Positions 56,129-64,000 of a stretch of DNA of 64,000 nucleotides are shown here, piece by piece. The translations under genes were made by a program, and so were the position numbers. The notes under the pieces are model-generated. The model made no database searches. It worked only from the letters and a program-made list of their open reading frames with translations, and was not told the DNA's origin. The stretch covers positions 17,879-81,878 of the forward strand of contig JAXGMU010000004.1 in NCBI GenBank assembly GCA_040768485.1, in the 5' to 3' direction. Every line of letters starts with the position of its first letter. Position 1 is the first letter of the stretch. Origin of the DNA: Bacteroidales bacterium (GTDB taxonomy: Bacteria > Bacteroidota > Bacteroidia > Bacteroidales > GCA-2748055).

Positions 56129-57111
56129 CATCCCGCCAGGATCTGATCCATTACCCTGCTGGTGACAGACGCGGTCCGGCCGGTGGAGGGACAGCTGCCT
56201 TCTCCCCTGAGCTGGGAGACAATGGTGCTGATAAAGGGCATCTGGATATGCTCCGGCTGCACGGTGCTGTACCGGGTTTCCTGTTTCCCGTCGAAGTGAA
56301 CGATCGGGTCGAAGCTGAACACAGAGAAGCTGAGCCGGCCTTTTTCGCCGGTCACCTCCACCAGGTCCTTCTGCAGGGCGACCGGCATGATGAAGCTCCA
56401 GCTGCCGGTGAGGATCGCACCCCGGGGAAAGGTGACCACCGCGGAGAGGGTATCCCCGGGTTCATAGAGCCCCGCCACATTGGTTTCCGCTCCGCAGCTT
56501 CCCGCAGGATCACCGAGCATGTAAAAAAGGATGTCCAGCGCATGGCACCCCACGTCGTGAAAGTAACCTCCTCCGGAGATATCCGGAATGACCCTCCACG
56601 GCGGATGTTCCCGGTCGGCATCCTCCGGCCGGGCGGCGAACCACTGTTGCAGATGGACGGTCAGGATCCGGCCCAGGGTGCCCGCATCGATGATTTCCTT
56701 TACCCGGAGAAAGTAGTCCAGTGCCCTGCGGTAATATGCCACGAATACGGGGATCCCCTTTTCTTCGGCCCTTTTGTTAATGAGTTCGCATTCTTCCCCG
56801 TTACGGGCCATGGGCTTTTCGATGTAAACCGGTTTCCCCGCATCGATGGAACGAAGTGCATACCGGGCATGCGATCCGGGAGGGGTTGCCACATACACGA
56901 TATCCACCGCGGGATCGGTGATCACATCCATGGGATCTTCATGCCATGCGGGAACATCGTTCCGTTCGGCATAGTCCCTCGCTTTTCCGGGGGTGCGGCT
57001 TCCCACGGCCACCAGTCTGGAATAAGGGATCTTGTTGAATGAAGGGGCGCTTTTCTTCCGGGTAACATCCCCGCAGCCGATCATTCCCCATTGTATGATA
57101 CGTTCTGCCAT
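56125..57111 (-). CDS. Gfo/Idh/MocA family oxidoreductase
   Basis: MAERIIQWGMIGCGDVTRKK (Rossmann) and EKPMARNGEECELI. The start is set at 57111; an alternative is 57132. The track ORF reaches 57186. Confidence 0.8.
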   Translation of the reverse strand: MAERIIQWGMIGCGDVTRKKSAPSFNKIPYSRLVAVGSRTPGKARDYAERNDVPAWHEDPMDVITDPAVDIVYVATPPGSHARYALRSIDAGKPVYIEKPMARNGEECELINKRAEEKGIPVFVAYYRRALDYFLRVKEIIDAGTLGRILTVHLQQWFAARPEDADREHPPWRVIPDISGGGYFHDVGCHALDILFYMLGDPAGSCGAETNVAGLYEPGDTLSAVVTFPRGAILTGSWSFIMPVALQKDLVEVTGEKGRLSFSVFSFDPIVHFDGKQETRYSTVQPEHIQMPFISTIVSQLRGEGSCPSTGRTASVTSRVMDQILAGC

Positions 57112-57267
57112 TGCATGATGGAATATGTTCATGATCCGGGCCGCCACGCGGGCTGTTCCCGGGTGAACGGGTGATCGAAAACACAAAATACAATATTAAA
57201 ATAAATAATTTGACCCTATCTTTGCAGGAAGTATCGTGCAAAGAGAACCGAAAGGGAACGGGAGAGG

Positions 57268-60200
57268 ATGAACAGGATCTCACATATGTTGGTATTGCTA
57301 TCGTGCCTGGTATGGGCGCGGGCACAGCCGGAGATCAGGTTTGAAGAGGTATATTCCATCAATCCGCTGTCGCACAATTCGGTCACCTGTATTCACCAGG
57401 ACAGGCTGGGATTTCTCTGGCTCGGGACTTTCAACGGCCTGAATAAATATGACGGGTACAGTTTCAAGATCTATAAGTTCAATGACATTGAAGGTTCCGA
57501 GGCGGGAATCAACCGGGTCCTGTCCATCATGGAAGATCAGCAGGGGAAGCTCTGGGTGCAGACCTATGACGGGAAATACCAGTACTTCAATCCGGCCACC
57601 GAAAAAATAATCACTTTCCCGCCGGCCGGCAAAAGTCCGGAACAGACCAGGTGCAATCATTTCTACCTTTCCGAAAACGGTGATGTATGTCTTTCCACGG
57701 ACCGCTCAGGGGTGTTCTTCATTCGCTCAGAGGACATGGGGGATGATCTGCAGATCTACCACCTTCTGAATGTTCCCGGAAAAGACAGGATCCTTTCGAG
57801 CAACAATGTGCTGTTTGTGACCCGGGATATGAACGGGTACTTCTGGCTGGGGACGGATCGCGGACTGCACCGGATCCATGAAGGGGAGATCGGGAAGGAT
57901 CAGCCCCGGGTGGAAAGTTTTTTTTCAGGAGAGGGCCAAAATGACCGGAAAGTGTCATTTTCCGCCTATGAAGTACTGGGCAGTACCCTCTGGTTCGTGG
58001 GCAAGGAAAAGGGACTCGTCCGGTATGATCCGTCGAACGGACGCTTTGATACATTCGGCACAGGATCGGGAAGCGGAAAGGAAAGCCCGGCCGAGGTCAC
58101 TTCCCTCACATCAGACGGGAGCAGGCTCTGGGCAGGGACCTCGCTGGGTCAGCTGTTGGTTTATAATCCCGGGAGTGAGCTGCTCAGGGAATTCACCATC
58201 TCACTTCCCGGATCGGGGAAAGTCATCCGGCAGATCTACTGCGACCGGTTCGAGCAGGTATGGCTGCTGACCGATGAATTCGGCATCACAAGGTTTGACC
58301 CTGCCGCGGAAACGTTTCATCACTACAGCCTGACTCCGGAAAGGCTGCACGGATTGACGGATGATGAAAGGATCCGTATTCACGAGGACAGCAAAAACCA
58401 GTTCTGGGTGGGAGGCCAGAACCTGGGCATACAGCTTTACGACCGTGAAAAGGACCTGTTCATCGCTTTCAAGAATGATCCTTCCGATCCTTTCTCCCTC
58501 CAGTCAAGCATAGTGGAATGCATCATGGAGGACCGGGAGAAGAATCTCTGGATAGGGACCAACTGGTTCGGAAAAGGACTCAGCCGGATGATCACCATCG
58601 ATCCGGCGTTCGATTATATTGTTCCCGTTCCCAGACCCGAAACCAGGCTGCAGAACGTGGTGAGATCCATCTATGTGGATTCGAGAGGATATACCTGGGC
58701 GGGGACCAAAAGCGGCCAGATATACATCTACGATCCTGATTTCAAACCCGTCCACATTCTTGAAGAGGGTCCCGGGGTCAACTATTCCGGATACAATGTC
58801 TATTCCATTGTGGAGGACCGGAACGGGATCATCTGGCTGTGCACGAAAGGGGCCGGGATCTTTTTCTCCGAACAGCCGGTCCATGAGGTGTCCCCGCATT
58901 ATGAAAGAATGACCTTCGGAACCATCCAGCATGATCCGGCCACTGAGAATTCCCTGAACAATAACAATGTTTACGACCTGGCCCTGGATGATCTGGGGAG
59001 GGTATGGGTGGCCACTTACGGCGGGGGACTGAACCTGATCGAGACCGACGGGAACGGGCGGCACATCTTCACGCAATTCACCACAGGGAACAGCAACCTG
59101 ACCTCGGATAAGCTGAGGGACCTGCACATTGACAGGAACGGAAGGCTCTGGCTCGCTTCTACCCTGGGGATCAACTATATAGATATTTATAAGGAGCCAA
59201 AAAACCAGCTGGTCATCGGGACCATCCTCTCCGGGTCACCGGGATCTGGCACCCTCTCCTACAATGACATCGTGATGATCATGGAGGATAAGAACGGACA
59301 TCTGTGGCTGGGAACCGCAGGAGGCGGAGTGGATGTCATTCCGGATCCTTCCGGGGATCAGTTCGGGTTCAATCATTTTTCGGAAAAGGACGGATTGAAG
59401 GATGATTACATCCTCAGCCTGACGGAGGATATCTACGGGTTCATCTGGATCGGTACCGCAAGCGGGCTTTCACGATACAATCCGGTCAGCGGGGATATTA
59501 CCAATTATGACAAGAAGATCGGGCTTCCGGAAGTCTCTTTTTCCGAAAGGACCTCTACCAGCTCTCCTTCCGGCAGGGTGCTTTTCGGGACCGTGAACGG
59601 GTTTTACGCCATTTCACCCGACCGGATCATCACCGAGGACCTGAATCCGACCATCTGCCTGACGGGACTGCAGCTGAACAATGTTGAAATCGACCCCGGG
59701 GCAAAAGGCTCCCCCCTGGACCGCTCCATCTCCTACATTCAGGAACTCAGGCTGAAATCCCACCAGTCCAATTTTGCGATCAGTTTTTCAATGCTCTCCT
59801 TCAAGTCACCGGAAAGCAACCATTATTCCTATATGCTCGAGGGATTCGACGAAGGATGGAATTATATCGGTACACAGAACAAAGCCACCTTTACAAACGT
59901 GCCTCCCGGGAGTTACACCTTCCGGGTGAAGGGCCTGAACAGTGATCTTTCCGAACACGGCACCGAGGCATCCCTGCAGGTAGTTGTTATGCCTCCGGTC
60001 TGGAGAACAAAACCCGCAATCATATTGTATGTGCTGGTATTCTTCCTGCTGCTTTACTTTTCCTTCAGGATTGCACGCCGCTTTGTCAGGTTGAAGAACA
60101 ACCTGAAGGTTGAGAAAAGGGTGGCCGAGTCAAAGCTGAGATTTTTTACAAATATATCCCATGAAATACGCACCCCGCTGACACTGATCCTGGGTCCGGT

Positions 60201-61704
60201 AGACAACCTGATCTCACAGAAGGGCATCCGGGCGGACGTGCGGCAGCAGCTGGTGATGGTGCACAGGAATACAAAGCGGTTGCTGCGGATGGTCAATCAG
60301 CTTCTGGACTTCAGAAAGGTACAGAGCGAACAGATGCAGCTCAGGATCCAGGAGATTTCGGTGATCCCCTTCCTGCAGCAGATCTACGAGAGTTTTGAAA
60401 TGCTGGCCCGGCAAAAGCAGATCCATTTCAGGCTGATCTTTGACCGTGCCGATGAGGATCTGAAGATCTGGGGTGATATCCAGAAACTGGATTCCGTCAT
60501 TTTCAACCTGCTGTCCAATGCTTTTAAATTCACAAAGGAAAACGGGAGCATTTCCATCATCGTCAGCCGGGAATTTGAACCGGAAAGCAGCGTGAGGATC
60601 CTGGTCAGGGATACCGGGATCGGAATCGACCGGGACAAGCTGGACCTGGTATTCAACAGGTTTTTCGTTTCGCATACGGATGGGGATAACTTGTTCCAGG
60701 GAACCGGAATCGGATTGTCTCTCTGCCAGGAGTATGTCAGATTACACAAAGGAGAGATACAGGTGGAGAGTACGAAGGGAAAGGGAACGGATTTTTTCCT
60801 CCGGCTGCTGACGGGAAATTCACATTTCGAGGATGATGTGATCGTAAAGCAGAGGGAAGCGTACAGCTACACCCCGAAAGTCCTGCCTGAGGAAAGCCCT
60901 GTGCCCGCATTGCACGTGCCGGCCGGAAAAAGGATGGACGGTGAGAAAAGACAACACATCCTTGTGGTTGAGGACGACCTGGAAATGTGCGCATACCTTC
61001 AGGGCATGCTTGAACCTGTTTACCAGGTCCATATTTCCAGGGACGGGATCGACGGGTGGAACAAAGCGCTCCAGCTGACTCCCGATCTGATCATCACCGA
61101 CATCATGATGCCCGGAATGGATGGGATCGAGCTCACGGAAAAGATCAAGGATGAGTTCAAAACATGCCACATCCCGGTAATCATGTTATCTTCCAAATCG
61201 GAGGTCGAGAGCCAGGTGGAGGGACTTCAGACAGGTGCCGAAGCTTATATATCCAAACCTTTCCATACCGAGCTCCTGATATCCCAGGTGCAGTCGCTTC
61301 TTTCCCAGAGGAAGAGGATCAGGGAGATCTTTGAGAGCCGGATCGAACTGAAACCCGATGAAGTCAGTATAGCTCCCAAGGACAAAGCGTTTATTGAGAA
61401 GGTGATCCGGATCATTGAAGAAAACCTGAACGATCCCGAATTCAATGTGGAGAAGCTGGCTGCGAAAACCTATATCAGCAGGACACTGTTTTACAAAAAG
61501 ATCAAAGGAATCACCGGGTACCAGCCGGTGGAGCTGGTCAGGATGATGCGCCTAAAAAAAGCCGCAAAGTATATTGAAACAGGCGAATTTACGGTATCAG
61601 AAGTGGCGTATATGGTCGGATACAACGACATCCGCTACTTCAGCACCAGTTTTAAGAAACAGTATGGTGTCTCCCCTTCCCGGTACCAGTTCAGCCAGAC
61701 GTAA
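57268..61704 (+). CDS. Hybrid two-component system sensor kinase/response regulator with AraC-type output (HTCS)
   Basis: Periplasmic beta-propeller repeats (LWLGT/WIGT motifs), a Y_Y_Y-like segment and a TM helix. H-box ISHEIRTPLTLILGP, G-box GTGIGLSLCQEY, REC ILVVEDD...ITDIMMPGMDGIEL, and AraC HTH VAYMVGYNDIRYFSTSFKKQYGVSPSRY. Confidence 0.9.
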   Translation: MNRISHMLVLLSCLVWARAQPEIRFEEVYSINPLSHNSVTCIHQDRLGFLWLGTFNGLNKYDGYSFKIYKFNDIEGSEAGINRVLSIMEDQQGKLWVQTYDGKYQYFNPATEKIITFPPAGKSPEQTRCNHFYLSENGDVCLSTDRSGVFFIRSEDMGDDLQIYHLLNVPGKDRILSSNNVLFVTRDMNGYFWLGTDRGLHRIHEGEIGKDQPRVESFFSGEGQNDRKVSFSAYEVLGSTLWFVGKEKGLVRYDPSNGRFDTFGTGSGSGKESPAEVTSLTSDGSRLWAGTSLGQLLVYNPGSELLREFTISLPGSGKVIRQIYCDRFEQVWLLTDEFGITRFDPAAETFHHYSLTPERLHGLTDDERIRIHEDSKNQFWVGGQNLGIQLYDREKDLFIAFKNDPSDPFSLQSSIVECIMEDREKNLWIGTNWFGKGLSRMITIDPAFDYIVPVPRPETRLQNVVRSIYVDSRGYTWAGTKSGQIYIYDPDFKPVHILEEGPGVNYSGYNVYSIVEDRNGIIWLCTKGAGIFFSEQPVHEVSPHYERMTFGTIQHDPATENSLNNNNVYDLALDDLGRVWVATYGGGLNLIETDGNGRHIFTQFTTGNSNLTSDKLRDLHIDRNGRLWLASTLGINYIDIYKEPKNQLVIGTILSGSPGSGTLSYNDIVMIMEDKNGHLWLGTAGGGVDVIPDPSGDQFGFNHFSEKDGLKDDYILSLTEDIYGFIWIGTASGLSRYNPVSGDITNYDKKIGLPEVSFSERTSTSSPSGRVLFGTVNGFYAISPDRIITEDLNPTICLTGLQLNNVEIDPGAKGSPLDRSISYIQELRLKSHQSNFAISFSMLSFKSPESNHYSYMLEGFDEGWNYIGTQNKATFTNVPPGSYTFRVKGLNSDLSEHGTEASLQVVVMPPVWRTKPAIILYVLVFFLLLYFSFRIARRFVRLKNNLKVEKRVAESKLRFFTNISHEIRTPLTLILGPVDNLISQKGIRADVRQQLVMVHRNTKRLLRMVNQLLDFRKVQSEQMQLRIQEISVIPFLQQIYESFEMLARQKQIHFRLIFDRADEDLKIWGDIQKLDSVIFNLLSNAFKFTKENGSISIIVSREFEPESSVRILVRDTGIGIDRDKLDLVFNRFFVSHTDGDNLFQGTGIGLSLCQEYVRLHKGEIQVESTKGKGTDFFLRLLTGNSHFEDDVIVKQREAYSYTPKVLPEESPVPALHVPAGKRMDGEKRQHILVVEDDLEMCAYLQGMLEPVYQVHISRDGIDGWNKALQLTPDLIITDIMMPGMDGIELTEKIKDEFKTCHIPVIMLSSKSEVESQVEGLQTGAEAYISKPFHTELLISQVQSLLSQRKRIREIFESRIELKPDEVSIAPKDKAFIEKVIRIIEENLNDPEFNVEKLAAKTYISRTLFYKKIKGITGYQPVELVRMMRLKKAAKYIETGEFTVSEVAYMVGYNDIRYFSTSFKKQYGVSPSRYQFSQT

Positions 61705-61791
61705 CAGATTATCACGCATGTTTGAATAATTATTAAACATTCGTACACCTGCAAACATTTACATTTGGTGTATCACCATAATATTCCGTAA

Positions 61792-63462
61792 ATGAGCGCA
61801 ATCAGCCACAATTTTATAAAAGTCCCTGCGATCCTGCTGGTCATCCTCGCAGGCTGCACCGGTGAAGGGCCGGTGAAAACAAGTAATCCTGCCAGCAGGT
61901 TTGTTGTCGAAGTTCCGTCATTTCCAGACAGCCGGTTCCTGATCACCGAATATGGCGCGGTCAATGACGGGATCTCCCTGAACACTGAAGCGATCAACAG
62001 GGCCATCGAAGAGTGCAGCGGGGCAGGGGGAGGCAAAGTGGTCATCCCCGAAGGGGTATGGATCACAGGACCGATCAGGCTTCAGAGCAACGTGAACCTG
62101 CATGTGGATGAAGGGGCGGTGGTCCTTTTCAGTGACGATTTTAATGATTATCCTTTCATTTACACCTATTTTGAAGGGAGACGGGATTTCAGGGCGATGC
62201 CTCCGCTTTACGGGGATACGCTTGAAAATATTGCCATCACCGGGAAAGGGATCTTCGACGGGTCGGGGGATGCCTGGCGTCCCGTAAAAAAGATGAAAAC
62301 CACGGAGGACCAGTGGGAGGAGCTGGTCCGGTCCGGGGGTGTTGTCAGCGGGGACGGGCAGACCTGGTGGCCGAACGAACAGGCTTACAGGGTGTCGCTT
62401 GATCCGGACAGGTACCGGTCCATCCTGGGGACCCTTCCCGATAAAGAGAACTACAAAGCCTTTTACAGGCCGGCGCTTGTGCAACTGGTCAGCTGCGACC
62501 GCGTGCTGCTGGAAGGGCCGTTGTTCCAGAATTCTCCCGGATGGTGCATCCATCCCTTGATGTGCACCAATCTGACGGTGAACGACATCAGGGTAAAAAA
62601 TCCATGGTATGCCCAGAACGGAGACGGGATCGATGTGGAATCATGTACGAATGTCCGCATCACAAATTCATATTTTGATGTGGGCGATGATGCCATCTGC
62701 ATCAAGTCAGGTAAAAACGAAGAAGGCAGGAAAAGGGGAATGCCCACCCGTTTTGTAGAGGTCAGCAACTGTGTGGTGCAGCGCGGACACGGCGGATTTG
62801 TCGTGGGCAGTGAGATGTCCGGCGGCGTGAAGGACATCTGGGTCAGTGACTGTTCATTCCTGGGTACCGATGTGGGATTGCGGTTCAAAAGCACCAGGGG
62901 AAGGGGAGGCGTTGTGGAAAACATCCATATTGAAAACATCCGGATGAACGACATTGCCCGTGATGCCATCATATTCAACCTGTTCTATGCCGGCCTGGCA
63001 CCTACCGAGATGGGGGACAATCCCGTTGAAGGGATGATCTCCTCGGCTCCTGAGGCGTCTGAAGAAACTCCGGAATTCAGGAACATCAGCATCAGCGGGA
63101 TCCAGTGCCAGGGAGCCGAGAGGGCGCTGAACATCGTGGGATTGCCCGAGATGCCGGTCAGCGGGCTGAAGCTTGAAAATTCCGTGTTCAGCACCCTGAT
63201 GGGCGTTCAGTGCCTGTTTGCTAAAGATCTGGTCCTGGACAATGTGATCATCAGGACCGAGGAACACCCTACTTTGAACCTGACCAATGTTTCGGGAGCG
63301 GAGATCAGGGCGGTCAGCGGGAACGATGAAACCTATATGCGTGTGGAAGGATCGGGTACCGAGCGTATCGTGATCAGGACGGAGAAGGCACAGGATACCC
63401 GGAACAGGTCGGTGATCGGCGGGGAGGTGAAAGAAGGGAGCGTTGAAGTTGTGGAAAGCTGA
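61792..63462 (+). CDS. Glycoside hydrolase family 28 (polygalacturonase/rhamnogalacturonase-like)
   Basis: GH28 motifs QNGDGIDVESC, GDDAICIKSG, RGHGGFVVGSE and GLRFKS. Lipoprotein-like N-terminus LVILAGC. Confidence 0.85.
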   Translation: MSAISHNFIKVPAILLVILAGCTGEGPVKTSNPASRFVVEVPSFPDSRFLITEYGAVNDGISLNTEAINRAIEECSGAGGGKVVIPEGVWITGPIRLQSNVNLHVDEGAVVLFSDDFNDYPFIYTYFEGRRDFRAMPPLYGDTLENIAITGKGIFDGSGDAWRPVKKMKTTEDQWEELVRSGGVVSGDGQTWWPNEQAYRVSLDPDRYRSILGTLPDKENYKAFYRPALVQLVSCDRVLLEGPLFQNSPGWCIHPLMCTNLTVNDIRVKNPWYAQNGDGIDVESCTNVRITNSYFDVGDDAICIKSGKNEEGRKRGMPTRFVEVSNCVVQRGHGGFVVGSEMSGGVKDIWVSDCSFLGTDVGLRFKSTRGRGGVVENIHIENIRMNDIARDAIIFNLFYAGLAPTEMGDNPVEGMISSAPEASEETPEFRNISISGIQCQGAERALNIVGLPEMPVSGLKLENSVFSTLMGVQCLFAKDLVLDNVIIRTEEHPTLNLTNVSGAEIRAVSGNDETYMRVEGSGTERIVIRTEKAQDTRNRSVIGGEVKEGSVEVVES

Positions 63463-63656
63463 TTTACAATTGATAATGTCGTGAATTTCAGCATTCAGGA
63501 CACGGAACAATTTTGTGAATGCTGAAAATTAGTGTTAAATTGGGCATCAAATAACAATTTTTCTATGGTTCTTGAATAATATTTGAACATGGAATTGGAG
63601 ATAATTTCATTAATTGGATAACCTTTTGACTCAATTACTCATTAAAACAGATTGCT

Positions 63657-64000
63657 ATGAAGAGAATTTTTACTGTATTAATTGCAATGCTCCTTGCAGT
63701 CCCCTTGTTGACTGCACAGGCACCGAAGGTCATTATGATCTCACCGGATGGTCCCAACGGGGATGATGCACAGATTGCATTTCTGGAGCGGAATGGCTTC
63801 GATGTGGAAAAATTCTGGCCGGGACTGCTTTCCGCAGCCGGACAGGATACCATCGACAAGCTGAATGCTGCCGACCTGGTGATCATAGGCCGGAAAACCG
63901 GAAGCGGGGATGTCGACGGGGACGACAAGCTTCCCTGGAACGAACTCACCGTACCGTTGATTCTCAACTCTCCCTGGGGGGCCCGGGGCAACAGGATCGG
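63657..64000 (+). CDS. Hypothetical secreted protein, 3'-truncated by the window edge
   Basis: ATG at 63657 gives MKRIFTVLIAMLLAVPLLTAQAPKVIMISPDGPNGDD..., which has a clear signal peptide. The frame is open to nt 64000. It is missing from the ORF track because no stop codon lies in the window. Confidence 0.6.
   Translation, partial: MKRIFTVLIAMLLAVPLLTAQAPKVIMISPDGPNGDDAQIAFLERNGFDVEKFWPGLLSAAGQDTIDKLNAADLVIIGRKTGSGDVDGDDKLPWNELTVPLILNSPWGARGNRI

Noticed and set aside
57217-57224. TATCTTTG (-7 box-like) upstream of the HTCS gene, and TACATTTG at 61760-61767 upstream of the GH28 gene
   Set aside because: Each matches TAnnTTTG, but I found no correctly spaced -33 TTG. An 8-mer with six fixed positions is expected by chance about once in the intergenic DNA of this window.
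63487-63526. 11-bp hairpin TTCAGCATTCA / TGAATGCTGAA after the GH28 stop
   Set aside because: It may be a terminator, but it is followed by AAATTAG rather than a U-tract. The evidence is too weak for a feature call.
63635-63991. 118-aa minus-strand ORF at the window end
   Set aside because: The plus strand carries an open frame from ATG 63657 with a clear signal peptide that runs off the window. The minus-strand product is Ser/Pro-rich with no features.

Overview
This window reads as a chromosomal segment of a Bacteroidota-type genome. Five predicted proteins end in Por/T9SS-type C-terminal sorting domains. There is also a hybrid two-component sensor with AraC output, an NtrB/NtrC-type sigma-54 pair, and many carbohydrate-active or sugar-salvage enzymes (GH2, two GH30-like, GH43, GH28, DUF1080, Fkp, Gfo/Idh/MocA). 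I call 41 protein-coding genes, two of them cut by the window edges, plus a few hairpin terminators and two in-frame coding repeat arrays. I recognised no rRNA, tRNA, CRISPR array, transposase or integrase, but detecting tRNA or ncRNA by eye is weak. Many long ORFs in the supplied track are antisense shadows of real genes and were rejected. The strongest candidate for an undescribed system is a minus-strand operon at 33181-40887. It has overlapping or near-abutting gene junctions and encodes, in order, a PqqD-like small protein, an ATP-grasp ligase, a group IV PLP decarboxylase, a urea-transporter-like membrane domain fused to an M23 metallopeptidase, a TPR/outer-membrane beta-barrel protein, a periplasmic TPR protein and possibly a T9SS cargo protein. 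No radical-SAM maturase or recognisable precursor peptide accompanies it. Secondary items are a 1796-aa T9SS subtilase-like protein carrying a 370-aa hexapeptide ([IVL]-A-L-V-N-G) array and a possible Asp-to-Asn change at the catalytic site, a GerW/YtfJ-DUF2953 sporulation-type gene pair, and a radical-SAM/DUF89/UDG/SDR cluster. All functional calls rest on motifs read from the translations and on remembered family signatures. No database search was run.
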